Source of the DNA: a virus
Taxonomy: Duplodnaviria; Caudoviricetes
Length of the DNA stretch: 29,489 nucleotides
IMG/VR virus record: IMGVR_UViG_3300017655_000018
Coordinates: 1-29,489 of that record
Reading direction: 5' to 3' (one strand)
Shown here: positions 15,996 to 24,049 of the stretch, piece by piece
Layout of the letters: every line of letters starts with the position of its first letter
Numbering within the stretch: the stretch's first letter is position 1
The notes under the pieces: generated by a model
Told to the model about the DNA's origin: nothing
The model's database searches: none
The model's input: only the letters and a program-made list of their open reading frames with translations
Translations under genes and position numbers: made by a program

Positions 15996-16661
15996 ATGTC
16001 AGATCATTGGAAAGAACGTATTCGTGCGGCCATTGACGCCAAAGGCACGAGCATGAAGGCCGTGTCGTTGAAATCCGGCAAGGGCGAGACATTTGTCCGC
16101 GACATGCTGGAGCGAGATCGTGCACCCTCGATCGATAACTTGAGATCAGTCGCAAATGCGCTCGACATGACGATCATCGATCTTCTGAGCGATAAGCCGA
16201 CACCAAAAAGCGATCCAGGCACTAGGCGGGTCGTGGTGGCAGCACATGTCCAAGCAGGACATTTCTCCGAGACATGGGAATGGGACGAAAGCGATCATTA
16301 CGATGTCTTCGTGCCCGACGACCCCGAGTTCAGAAGCCTAACCCTGTACGGCGCCGAGATCCGCGGCCCATCAATGAACAAGCGTTACGCGGAAAAAACT
16401 GTTGTCGTGTTCAACAACATAATCGAAGCACATGAGCGGCCGATATTGGGAAAGCGATATGTGGTGGAGCGGCGGCGCCCGAGCGGCGAAGTAGAGCATA
16501 CCGTCAAAGTCCTCCACTCGGACGAAGACGGTAAGCTGTGGCTTGTTCCAGAGTCGACTGATCCGCGTTTCCAAGCGCCAATATCCATCGAAGATGGCAC
16601 CGGAGACGAAGATACTGTCTCAATAATCGGACGTGTGGTGTTCGCCGTTACTCGTGAGTGA
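15996..16661 (+). CDS. CI-like repressor, HTH + S24 autopeptidase
   Basis: N-terminal HTH; VQAG cleavage site; GPSM serine; TVK lysine. Confidence 0.92.
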   Translation: MSDHWKERIRAAIDAKGTSMKAVSLKSGKGETFVRDMLERDRAPSIDNLRSVANALDMTIIDLLSDKPTPKSDPGTRRVVVAAHVQAGHFSETWEWDESDHYDVFVPDDPEFRSLTLYGAEIRGPSMNKRYAEKTVVVFNNIIEAHERPILGKRYVVERRRPSGEVEHTVKVLHSDEDGKLWLVPESTDPRFQAPISIEDGTGDEDTVSIIGRVVFAVTRE

Positions 16662-17106
16662 AAGTTTTCTTCACCCTTCGAGAAATCAGCATGTATGGAA
16701 TCCATACCAGCGCGGGGATGGCGATGCGCCCGATATCTGCCGCCGCCGATGCGGACGAGAAGCGTGTGCCAGCAAGTAGCGCGGCAACAATGATCGCGGA
16801 GGTGAGGTTGAGCAGCACAAGGGCAATGAACACCTTCGGGTATATCGCCTTCTTGTTCACCAGCAGATAGATCGCCCAAGACCAGCCCAACACCGAAATA
16901 ACGGATGCGGCCATTTCGATTGCGATAGGGGCTCCGAGCCCGCGCGGTATAGTTATCCCGGCCATCAGACGCCAAGTCTCTATCAGGGACCAAGCATAAC
17001 TCAGTGGGGCGATAAACGTCCCAATCGCAGGCAGAATCAACCAGCCCGTCACCCCATCGAGCTCGTGCCTTCTGTCACCTTCCATTACCGTTGAACGCTC
17101 AGCCAT
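16648..17106 (-). CDS. DUF2569-like multi-TM membrane protein (152 aa)
   Basis: GVTGWLIL start and WIPYMLISRRVKKTF end; four hydrophobic segments. Confidence 0.75.
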   Translation of the reverse strand: MAERSTVMEGDRRHELDGVTGWLILPAIGTFIAPLSYAWSLIETWRLMAGITIPRGLGAPIAIEMAASVISVLGWSWAIYLLVNKKAIYPKVFIALVLLNLTSAIIVAALLAGTRFSSASAAADIGRIAIPALVWIPYMLISRRVKKTFTHE

Positions 17107-17228
17107 CAGACATCCCCTCTCCTCGAAGATAGTCGAACCCTGTCTGATGGTTTCCGTCAAGCGGGCTCGACATCCTCGAAACGGCCGGGAATCCAAGTGA
17201 TTCGCGCACGAATGTGATTTCGCCTCCA

Positions 17229-17276
17229 TCAATGGGCAATTTCCCATTGACATGATGGGAAATTGCCCATTATGCT
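17229..17276 (+). promoter_or_regulatory. OL-like operator pair and pL promoter
   Basis: ATGGGCAATTTCCCAT (17232), ATGGGAAATTGCCCAT (17255); TTGACA (17247)-N18-TATGCT (17271). Confidence 0.9.
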
Positions 17277-17299
17277 CTTCTCCATCAAAGGAGAGCGCA

Positions 17300-17467
17300 A
17301 TGTCACACACCCGCAAGCCCGATCCTGCATTCGTCGCCACCGTCGGCCGCCAAGCCCGCGAACAGCTCCTGATCATCCTCGTCCTCACCGCCGCGCTCGT
17401 CACGGCATGCGGCGCCGTCGGCTTCGAGCGCGTCAACCGCGCCTACGAAATCGCGTCGAGGGTTTGA
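17300..17467 (+). CDS. Small TM protein (55 aa), first pL gene
   Basis: AAGGAG RBS; LLIILVLTAALVTACGAV. Confidence 0.7.
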   Translation: MSHTRKPDPAFVATVGRQAREQLLIILVLTAALVTACGAVGFERVNRAYEIASRV

Positions 17468-17469
17468 TC

Positions 17470-17703
17470 ATGGCCAACATTGATCTCGCCGTCGCCCGTA
17501 TCCGCAATCAGGCAGTCCGCCGCCCGTTCGGCGAACGCGCCCGGTATGTCGCCGACAACATCCGCCACCAGCAGGACACCATCCGCAAGTTCACGACGGG
17601 CCGCGCGCCCGACGGTTGGTCGCTGTCCCAGTCCGAAGAGCTGCTTCACCGCCTCGTCGACATGGAAGCCAAATTCGCCGCCGCCGAACGCGCTGCGGCC
17701 TGA
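17470..17703 (+). CDS. Hypothetical protein (77 aa)
   Basis: GAGG RBS; MANIDLAVARIRNQ. Confidence 0.7.
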   Translation: MANIDLAVARIRNQAVRRPFGERARYVADNIRHQQDTIRKFTTGRAPDGWSLSQSEELLHRLVDMEAKFAAAERAAA

Positions 17704-17746
17704 TCAATCACGCCCCTGATCTGCTGGGGCTCTCGAAACACAGGGG

Positions 17747-18049
17747 ATGAAGATGACTTACAGTGTTGAACACGCCCGCAAGATTTACGCGATGGGAGCG
17801 TTCCCCGCGATTGAAGCCGGCTTTGACCCGTGGAAGGCGCTTGAGATCATCCAGAACGCCGCTCAGGCAGAACGCGAGACCAAAGCGGAAGCCCGCAAGG
17901 CTGACCTGCGGGTTGGAATGGTCGTCAACGACGGCCGCCTCGGCACGATCGTCTCCATCGACGGCAACCGCGTCACTCTTCAGGGGTACCTCGCCAAGCG
18001 ATCGGCTCACATCGCGGACCTGCACGACTGGTCCTACGAAGCCGCCTAA
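17747..18049 (+). CDS. Hypothetical protein (100 aa, SH3/KOW-like C-terminus)
   Basis: LRVGMVV...GTIVSIDGNRVTL. Confidence 0.65.
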   Translation: MKMTYSVEHARKIYAMGAFPAIEAGFDPWKALEIIQNAAQAERETKAEARKADLRVGMVVNDGRLGTIVSIDGNRVTLQGYLAKRSAHIADLHDWSYEAA

Positions 18050-18104
18050 CCCCACCCCATCGCCCAGACGGGAGAGCGTCCCGTCGCAGTTTGAGGACAC
18101 GGCA

Positions 18105-18329
18105 ATGACCAACTTCATCACCGTCAGCCAAAGCGCGCTTGATGTCGCGCTGCTCGCCCGCGAGGTCTACGCGATGGAGACCGCGACGAAGCGCAGTTGC
18201 GACCGGTTCGCCCGCGAGACCATCGACGAGCGCCGCGAAGATCTTGACGACCGTTTCCGCTCGCTCGCCGCCGACCTCGGTTTCGACGTCGTTCCGGCAG
18301 CGGCGAACGTGCGGGAGGCTGCGGAATGA
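18105..18329 (+). CDS. Hypothetical protein (74 aa)
   Basis: GAGG RBS; ATGA coupling downstream. Confidence 0.65.
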   Translation: MTNFITVSQSALDVALLAREVYAMETATKRSCDRFARETIDERREDLDDRFRSLAADLGFDVVPAAANVREAAE

Positions 18330-18751
18330 CTGCCGTCCGTATCGAAGACTACTTGACCGAAGACCAGATGCGCGAAATCGCGATCGAGGAATGGCGTCGG
18401 ATTTGCAGTGAGGCCTGCAACGGGCATCAGGAGCGTATCATCAGCAATGTTGCTCATGACGTTGTCGTCACCATGGTCGCTGAGGCTCTTGGCGAAACCG
18501 CTCTTGAGCAGATCAGGGCGAAGGCTGTCTCGGTCATCGAGAACCTTACCGAATTCACCGTCTTCAAACGCCCGGATGCTTGGGATCGCGGCCCGTCACC
18601 CGCTTACGCAGCCCTGATGGACGCAGTGAAGAACAACAAGGATCTCGTTGACAAAAAGGTGGGGCAGTGCATCGCCCAACTTTCCAAGCGGGATGCGCTT
18701 GAAATCATCAAATCTGGCGTTGTCCAGATCAACCCGAAGGCGGGAACATGA
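18326..18751 (+). CDS. Hypothetical protein (141 aa)
   Basis: GGAGG RBS; coupled on both sides. Confidence 0.7.
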   Translation: MTAVRIEDYLTEDQMREIAIEEWRRICSEACNGHQERIISNVAHDVVVTMVAEALGETALEQIRAKAVSVIENLTEFTVFKRPDAWDRGPSPAYAALMDAVKNNKDLVDKKVGQCIAQLSKRDALEIIKSGVVQINPKAGT

Positions 18752-19779
18752 CAGAGATCATCACCCTCGCCCCCAGCGAACTGATCACGGCGCCCGGCCT
18801 GTACGCGATGACGGAAGCGGCTTACCACGCTGATCCTGTCGCCGAGCCCAGCCTCAGCCGGTCCATTGCCGAGAAGCTGATCCTGCAGAGCCCGATGCAT
18901 GCCTTCGCCGCTCATCCCCGGCTTACGAAGCAGGAGGAGAAGGACGAGGCGAACAGCCGGGCGCGCGACATCGGTTCAGCGGCGCACGCCATGCTCCTCG
19001 GTCAGCCGACGCTCATTTCCGTCCTCTGCTTCGACGACTTCAAGAAGAAGGCGGCACAGGAAGCGCGCACCGAGGCGCAGGAGAAGGGCGCGATTGCACT
19101 CCTCAAGAAGGACATGGACACCGTGCAGGCGATGGTCGAGAAGGCCCGCGCCGTGCTGGCGGAGAACGAAGACGATGCGGTTCGTGCGCTCGCCGGCAGT
19201 GGTGACGAGGCGTGGCCGCGCTTCAACGAGGTAACGGCCGTCTGGCGCGACCGTTGCGGCGGCGCCTGGTCTCGCGCCCGCATGGACCGGCTGTCGATCA
19301 GCGCGAAGACGATCACCATCATCGACTACAAGACGACCGAACTCAGCGCCGCGCCCGATTACGTCGCCCGGACCATCTTCAACAACAACTACCATTTCCA
19401 GGAAGCGTTCTATCGGCGCGGTCTCCGGCAGTTGTTCCCCGAGATCGACCGCCACGAACGCCGGCTGGAATTCCGCTTCATCGTTCAGGAGCAGGAACCG
19501 CCGTTCGAGATCACCGTCGCAAAGGTCGACGCCGCTGGCCGGCTGATCGGCGAGAAGATGGCGTCGGCCGCCTTCCTGCTGTGGCGGAAGTGCCTGAGCG
19601 AAAACCATTGGCCCGGCTATCCCGGCGAGACGAAAACCGCCGAGATGCCCGCCTACATCGACACCCGCTGGTGCGCGAAGGAGATCGAGGACCCGTATTT
19701 GCAGGGGCTCGGATTCGACCCCCTGCCGATGTTTGAGACCAATCCCTACAAGCCGAAACCGATTATGGAGCCGAACTGA
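18748..19779 (+). CDS. RecE/exonuclease VIII-like PD-(D/E)XK exonuclease
   Basis: YHAD..LSRS, GSAAHAMLL, RARMDRL, IIDYKTT, YHFQEAFY, WPGY. Confidence 0.88.
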   Translation: MTEIITLAPSELITAPGLYAMTEAAYHADPVAEPSLSRSIAEKLILQSPMHAFAAHPRLTKQEEKDEANSRARDIGSAAHAMLLGQPTLISVLCFDDFKKKAAQEARTEAQEKGAIALLKKDMDTVQAMVEKARAVLAENEDDAVRALAGSGDEAWPRFNEVTAVWRDRCGGAWSRARMDRLSISAKTITIIDYKTTELSAAPDYVARTIFNNNYHFQEAFYRRGLRQLFPEIDRHERRLEFRFIVQEQEPPFEITVAKVDAAGRLIGEKMASAAFLLWRKCLSENHWPGYPGETKTAEMPAYIDTRWCAKEIEDPYLQGLGFDPLPMFETNPYKPKPIMEPN

Positions 19780-20183
19780 TGTCGCACGTCCACTTTGACA
19801 CCGAATCCATACTGAAGGACATGCAGGCCAACTTTGGCCGGCTTCCGTCCGCGCCGTCAGATCCTGTTGAGTTTCAGGCGGTGAATCGCCACCGGGACGT
19901 AACCATCGCATTGGCTCGGATGGCTTTGGAAGAGGCGAACCGAGGGTCCCAGCCGGACTTCATCATCTGGATGTGCGCTCAGTTCTGCGCCGAATTCCTT
20001 GAGAATATGCAGAATCTCGCAGACGCCGCATCGTCAGAGATCAACTCTTGCTTTCTCCAGCATCTCCTTGACTGCATCCGGCAAGTGGAAGACGGCTCAG
20101 CGAAAACTGGCGTGGGCTATCCGACTTTCGGGGTTGGAAACTCAGTCCAGCACACCTGCTCTCAAATCGATCTCAAAGGTTGA
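19779..20183 (+). CDS. Hypothetical protein, probably IS-interrupted (current C-terminus read from IS end)
   Basis: TGATG coupling to exonuclease; in-frame tail NYPCQIRELAA* found beyond the transposase. Confidence 0.55.
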   Translation: MSHVHFDTESILKDMQANFGRLPSAPSDPVEFQAVNRHRDVTIALARMALEEANRGSQPDFIIWMCAQFCAEFLENMQNLADAASSEINSCFLQHLLDCIRQVEDGSAKTGVGYPTFGVGNSVQHTCSQIDLKG

Positions 20184-21499
20184 CAGGCTGACCCCATGAC
20201 CAATCATCGTGTTCATAATCTTATCGTAGTCGGGATCGTTCAGCCTGATGCTGAAGTCGTAGATATCGATCAGACGCTTGGTGCCGTACTTCAACAGCGC
20301 CTTGGCTCTGAGCGTCTCCAGATCGTAGCCACGGCCGCCGCGGCTGATCTCATCCAGCAGGTTGTTCGTCGCCTCAACGTAGGCGTTCGTGTACCTGTGA
20401 TCGAAGTAGTTGAAGATCAGCCGTCGCCAGCGTTTCTCCCGCATGTAGGACAGCACCTTCCGGAACGGATGCTCCAGTTCCTTCGGGAGCAATTCTCGCC
20501 AGCTATCGTAGGCCTTCTCGGCTTCGGCTCGGGTCTCGCACTGGTAGATGTCGTAGAACCATTCCTTGAAGAGGACCGCCTGTTCGATCGCCGGGTGACG
20601 CTTGAACAAGGTCTTCAGCCGGAACTCGTCTCCGATGCCAAGGCGCTCAGGACGCGCCCGCAGCAGGCCGATCTGGTTCTTGAGCTTGATCCGCTCCTCG
20701 TTATCGACCTTGGATTGGATGCTCTTCCGGACCTCGGAGACGGCGAAGTCGGCGTAGCGCAGGACGTGGAACTTGTCGATGACGACGGTCGCGCCTTTGA
20801 AGTACGTCTCGTTCAGCGTCTTGTAGGGCCAGTGCATGTCCTGGGTGATGACCTCGACCTTCATTCGGTCGCGGTGCTCCCATTGCCGGAAGTACTCCTC
20901 AAGGTTCGTCTGCTTTCGAGAGATGAGAATGTCGAGCAGAACTCGCTTCTCGACATCGCCGATGACGAAGCGCGGGTGTCCGCCAAGAACCTTCTCGTCC
21001 ATGCCGAGAACGCGGGGCAGATCGAAGGTGTAGTGCTCCAGTCGCCGCGCGGCCTCCTCCTTGAACACGCGGCGGACAAGGCTTTCTTTCACGCCGTTGA
21101 TCTGCCCACCCATGGAGAACTTCATGGCAATGCCGTCCTGCGCGAGTTGGCTCAGGAAGCGGCTCGTCATGCGTCTCTTCTCGTCGATGTGGGGCAGCTT
21201 CTCAAGAAGCACCGTGCCGCAGCTTCTGCATCTGTACCGCTGGCGCGTGATCCGCAGATAGGTCTCCTGGCGCTGGAGCGGATGATCTCGGAAGTGGACC
21301 ACGCGCTTGCCGTGCTTCACGACATCCGGCTCATCACAATCGCACTTCTCGATGGCCGGATCGATGATGATCGTGTCGACGTACAGCTTCCCGTCCAGCT
21401 CTTCGGTCTCCATGGCCATGTAGCCATCCAGCCGCAGCAGATCAAATCCAACAATGCCCCTCATTCACCGTTCCCCCAGAAGTCGCGGGAACATGAGCC
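20114..21499 (-). mobile_element. ISL3-like insertion sequence (ends approximate)
   Basis: Both ends begin GGCT and share CGACTTyyGGGG in inverted orientation; no 8-bp TSD. Confidence 0.6.
20142..21464 (-). CDS. ISL3-family transposase, apparently intact
   Basis: Zn finger (C.C...RYRCRSC), VLGMDE, QDMHWPY, IDKFHV, TNAYVEATN. Confidence 0.92.
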   Translation of the reverse strand: MRGIVGFDLLRLDGYMAMETEELDGKLYVDTIIIDPAIEKCDCDEPDVVKHGKRVVHFRDHPLQRQETYLRITRQRYRCRSCGTVLLEKLPHIDEKRRMTSRFLSQLAQDGIAMKFSMGGQINGVKESLVRRVFKEEAARRLEHYTFDLPRVLGMDEKVLGGHPRFVIGDVEKRVLLDILISRKQTNLEEYFRQWEHRDRMKVEVITQDMHWPYKTLNETYFKGATVVIDKFHVLRYADFAVSEVRKSIQSKVDNEERIKLKNQIGLLRARPERLGIGDEFRLKTLFKRHPAIEQAVLFKEWFYDIYQCETRAEAEKAYDSWRELLPKELEHPFRKVLSYMREKRWRRLIFNYFDHRYTNAYVEATNNLLDEISRGGRGYDLETLRAKALLKYGTKRLIDIYDFSIRLNDPDYDKIMNTMIGHGVSLSTFEIDLRAGVLD

Positions 21500-21535
21500 C
21501 GTCAATTACCCCTGTCAAATCCGGGAGTTAGCCGC

Positions 21536-22339
21536 ATGAAAATCGATTCCAGTTCAGAAATCGTTAAAAAGGCGATCGAGGAATACAACCCGACCCACAT
21601 CGTCTCGATGGTCTCGGGCGGCAAGGACAGCGCAGCATCCGACCAGGTAGCCCGTGAGCTTGGCCTGAAGATCGACTTCGTCATCCACGGCAACACCCGT
21701 TGCGGCATTCCGGAGACGACGGAGTTCGTCCGAGATGTCTATGGACGCAAGGGTGAATACGTCGAGGCCGATGCGGGGACAGCCTATGAGGACTACGTTC
21801 TCCGCAAGGGCTTCTTCGGCAAGGGTATCGATGCGCACGGGTTCGCCTACCGCGTTCTCAAGGCAACGCCGTTCCGCAAGGCAGTCTCGCGGGAAATCAG
21901 GCAGGGCAAGCGCGGCGTGCGCGTCCTCCTCCTCAACGGAGCCCGCAAGGACGAAAGCGAGAACCGCAAGAAGAACCTGAAGCTGTATCGCGCCGATCCG
22001 GCGTCCCCTGGCAACATCTGGGTGAACATCATCCACGATTGGAGCCAGGAGGATCGAGACGCCTACCTCGAAAGCCGCCAGACGCCGATCAATCCAGTTG
22101 CCACGCAGCTTTGCCGTTCCGGCGAGTGCATGTGCGGCACCATGCAGACCGATCAGGAGCGCATGGAAGCGGCGGTGCTCTATCCGAAGTGGAACGAATG
22201 GCTGACCGATCTGGAGAAGGAGGCTTTGAAGCTCCACGGGTTCGGCTGGGGCCAAACCGCTCCTAAGCCAAGCAAGGCCAACCCCGACCAGTTCGCCCCG
22301 ATGTGCAAGGACTGCATGCGCCGGGGGACATCGGCATGA
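21536..22339 (+). CDS. PAPS-reductase/DndC-like PP-loop protein
   Basis: SGGKDS, LK..PF, GARKDES.NR, IHDWS, SGECMCG, C-terminal CKDC. Confidence 0.85.
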   Translation: MKIDSSSEIVKKAIEEYNPTHIVSMVSGGKDSAASDQVARELGLKIDFVIHGNTRCGIPETTEFVRDVYGRKGEYVEADAGTAYEDYVLRKGFFGKGIDAHGFAYRVLKATPFRKAVSREIRQGKRGVRVLLLNGARKDESENRKKNLKLYRADPASPGNIWVNIIHDWSQEDRDAYLESRQTPINPVATQLCRSGECMCGTMQTDQERMEAAVLYPKWNEWLTDLEKEALKLHGFGWGQTAPKPSKANPDQFAPMCKDCMRRGTSA

Positions 22340-22497
22340 TCGTCCGCTTCTTCAAATTCCTCGCGCTCCTTTGGTACGCCGACGAGCACGGTTGGCCTGA
22401 AGAGGAGCGTCATAGCCCGATCGGCCGGACCGCTCCGAGTATTGGAGCACTACACGGCCCGGCCGATCTACCGAAGGAGCAAGGGAGTGAACAATGA
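22336..22497 (+). CDS. Hypothetical protein (53 aa)
   Basis: ATGA coupling to upstream gene. Confidence 0.5.
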   Translation: MIVRFFKFLALLWYADEHGWPEEERHSPIGRTAPSIGALHGPADLPKEQGSEQ

Positions 22498-22539
22498 CCG
22501 CATCAACCTCGGAAGACGAAAGCAGGAGGGGACCCCCAA

Positions 22540-22617
22540 ATGTCAGATCAACCTCAGAAATCGGAAAGCCCTGGCGTGTCGGTCAAGCTCCGCAACATCG
22601 ACGGAGGGCGCGCCTGA
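22540..22617 (+). CDS. 25-aa peptide coupled to ATPase start
   Basis: AGGAGG RBS; MSDQPQKSESPGVSVKLRNIDGGRA; TGATG overlap. Confidence 0.4.
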   Translation: MSDQPQKSESPGVSVKLRNIDGGRA

Positions 22618-23720
22618 TGTCCGAATTCACCGATGCCGTGCGCAACGATACCAGCCTCTTGATCGCCATCGCCGGCGCTTCCGGCTCCGGCAAGACCTTC
22701 TCCGCGCTGACCATGGCGACCGGTCTCGCCCAGGGCGAGCCGATCTATGCCATCGACACCGAGGCGAAGCGCATGCTGCACTACGCCGACCAGTTCACGT
22801 TCAAGCATATGGACATGAAGCCGCCGTTCACGCCGGAAGCCTACATCGAGGCGATCCAGAAGGCGGAGCGCGCCGGCGCGAAGGTGATCATCATCGATTC
22901 CACGTCCGACGAATACGAAGGCGTCGGCGGCCTGCAGGAGATGCACGACGAGGAAGTCGCGCGCCTCGCCCGCAAGCCGTTCGATCAGCTTCAGGGCTGG
23001 GAAATCGACAAGTTCAACGCGCCGGCGTGGAAGGTCCCGAAGACCCGACACAAGACGCGCCTGATGTCGCCGCTGCGGCAGGTCCGCGCCTACATCATCT
23101 TCTGCCTCCGCGCCGAAGAGAAGATCAAGTTCGTGAAGGTCTTCGACGAGAAGAGCGGCCGCGAGAAGACGGCGATCGAATCCGCAGGCTGGGTGCCGAT
23201 CTGCGAGAAACGCTTCATGTATGAGATGACGATGAGCTTCACCGTCACGCCCGAGCGGCCCGGCGTGCCGCTCATCGAGGACGGCCAGGCCGTGCACGGC
23301 AAGATCCAGAGCCAGCACCTTCCGTTCTTCCCCGCCGGAAAGCGCGTGACCGAGGAGTGCGGCCGCTTGCTACGCGCTTGGGCCCGCGGCGAATCCACAT
23401 CAGTTCAGTCCGCCTCCTCCTCCCGGCAGGCTGATACCGGGGCCGGCCCGCGCTCCTCCTCCCAAGAGCCGGCACCGAATGTCTCCCGCGCGCTGCTGGC
23501 GGAATACGACCAGAAGCTCGGCGCCGAACTCGACCGCGACGGGCTGATCGCGGCACATGAGGCGTTCAAGCCGAACTTCACCGGCGTGAATGCTGCCGGC
23601 GCCGAGATCGCGAAGAGAATCCTCAGCGCCCACAGCCAGCGGATCAAGGGCGACGCGGACGCCGATAGCACGGCGATCTACGTCACCGGCCTGCTCGACG
23701 AGATCGGAGAACCTGCATGA
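22617..23720 (+). CDS. AAA/RecA-fold ATPase (Sak4-like recombination protein)
   Basis: GASGSGKT, IDTE, IIIDS; GGAGG RBS before ATG 22617. Confidence 0.85.
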   Translation: MSEFTDAVRNDTSLLIAIAGASGSGKTFSALTMATGLAQGEPIYAIDTEAKRMLHYADQFTFKHMDMKPPFTPEAYIEAIQKAERAGAKVIIIDSTSDEYEGVGGLQEMHDEEVARLARKPFDQLQGWEIDKFNAPAWKVPKTRHKTRLMSPLRQVRAYIIFCLRAEEKIKFVKVFDEKSGREKTAIESAGWVPICEKRFMYEMTMSFTVTPERPGVPLIEDGQAVHGKIQSQHLPFFPAGKRVTEECGRLLRAWARGESTSVQSASSSRQADTGAGPRSSSQEPAPNVSRALLAEYDQKLGAELDRDGLIAAHEAFKPNFTGVNAAGAEIAKRILSAHSQRIKGDADADSTAIYVTGLLDEIGEPA

Positions 23721-24049
23721 CCAAGAAGATTGAAGACGGCGGGCCGGCGTTCCCGACAATTCCTTCATACGATGGTGAGGGCTATCCGTCGCGGGACTCC
23801 TGTGGGCTTAGTGTTCGCGATTACTTCGCTGTCCATGCTGACCAGCCCGGATATGCCGAGATCGTAAGCCATGCTGGCCTCACCTATGGCAGCAACCAAG
23901 TTTGGAAGGACGCGCAGACCAGCATCGGAACGTTCGATTCTTGGTGGCGCGATCTGCCGAATAGCGAGCGCTTCCGTCTCAGCGCGGAGGTTCGATATGC
24001 GATGGCCGACGCGCTGCTCGCCGCTCGCAAGTCAGGCGGTGAAGCATGA
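23717..24049 (+). CDS. Common phage hypothetical protein
   Basis: GGPAFP...GLSVRDYFA...YAMADALLAAR. Confidence 0.75.
   Translation: MTKKIEDGGPAFPTIPSYDGEGYPSRDSCGLSVRDYFAVHADQPGYAEIVSHAGLTYGSNQVWKDAQTSIGTFDSWWRDLPNSERFRLSAEVRYAMADALLAARKSGGEA

Noticed and set aside
18067-18085. Hairpin GACGGGA-N5-TCCCGTC as a terminator
   Set aside because: No immediate U-tract and function cannot be supported; at most an RNA stability element
18976-19911. 311-aa minus-strand ORF (and 22554-23318)
   Set aside because: Shadows of the exonuclease and ATPase genes
20180-21518. TTGACAGG...CCTGTCAA as the IS inverted repeats
   Set aside because: Only 8 bp, would cut off the transposase C-terminus, and lacks GG termini; the GGCT/CGACTT ends fit better
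20196-21539. 447-aa plus-strand ORF
   Set aside because: Antisense shadow of the transposase; only its last ~12 codons are likely real, as the tail of the interrupted gene
22494-22616. N-terminal extension of the ATPase in the ORF track
   Set aside because: RBS and homology-like sequence begin at ATG 22617
23779-23788. GGGCTATCCG identical to the first 10 bp of the IS end
   Set aside because: Lies in an intact coding frame (EGYPS) and similarity does not extend
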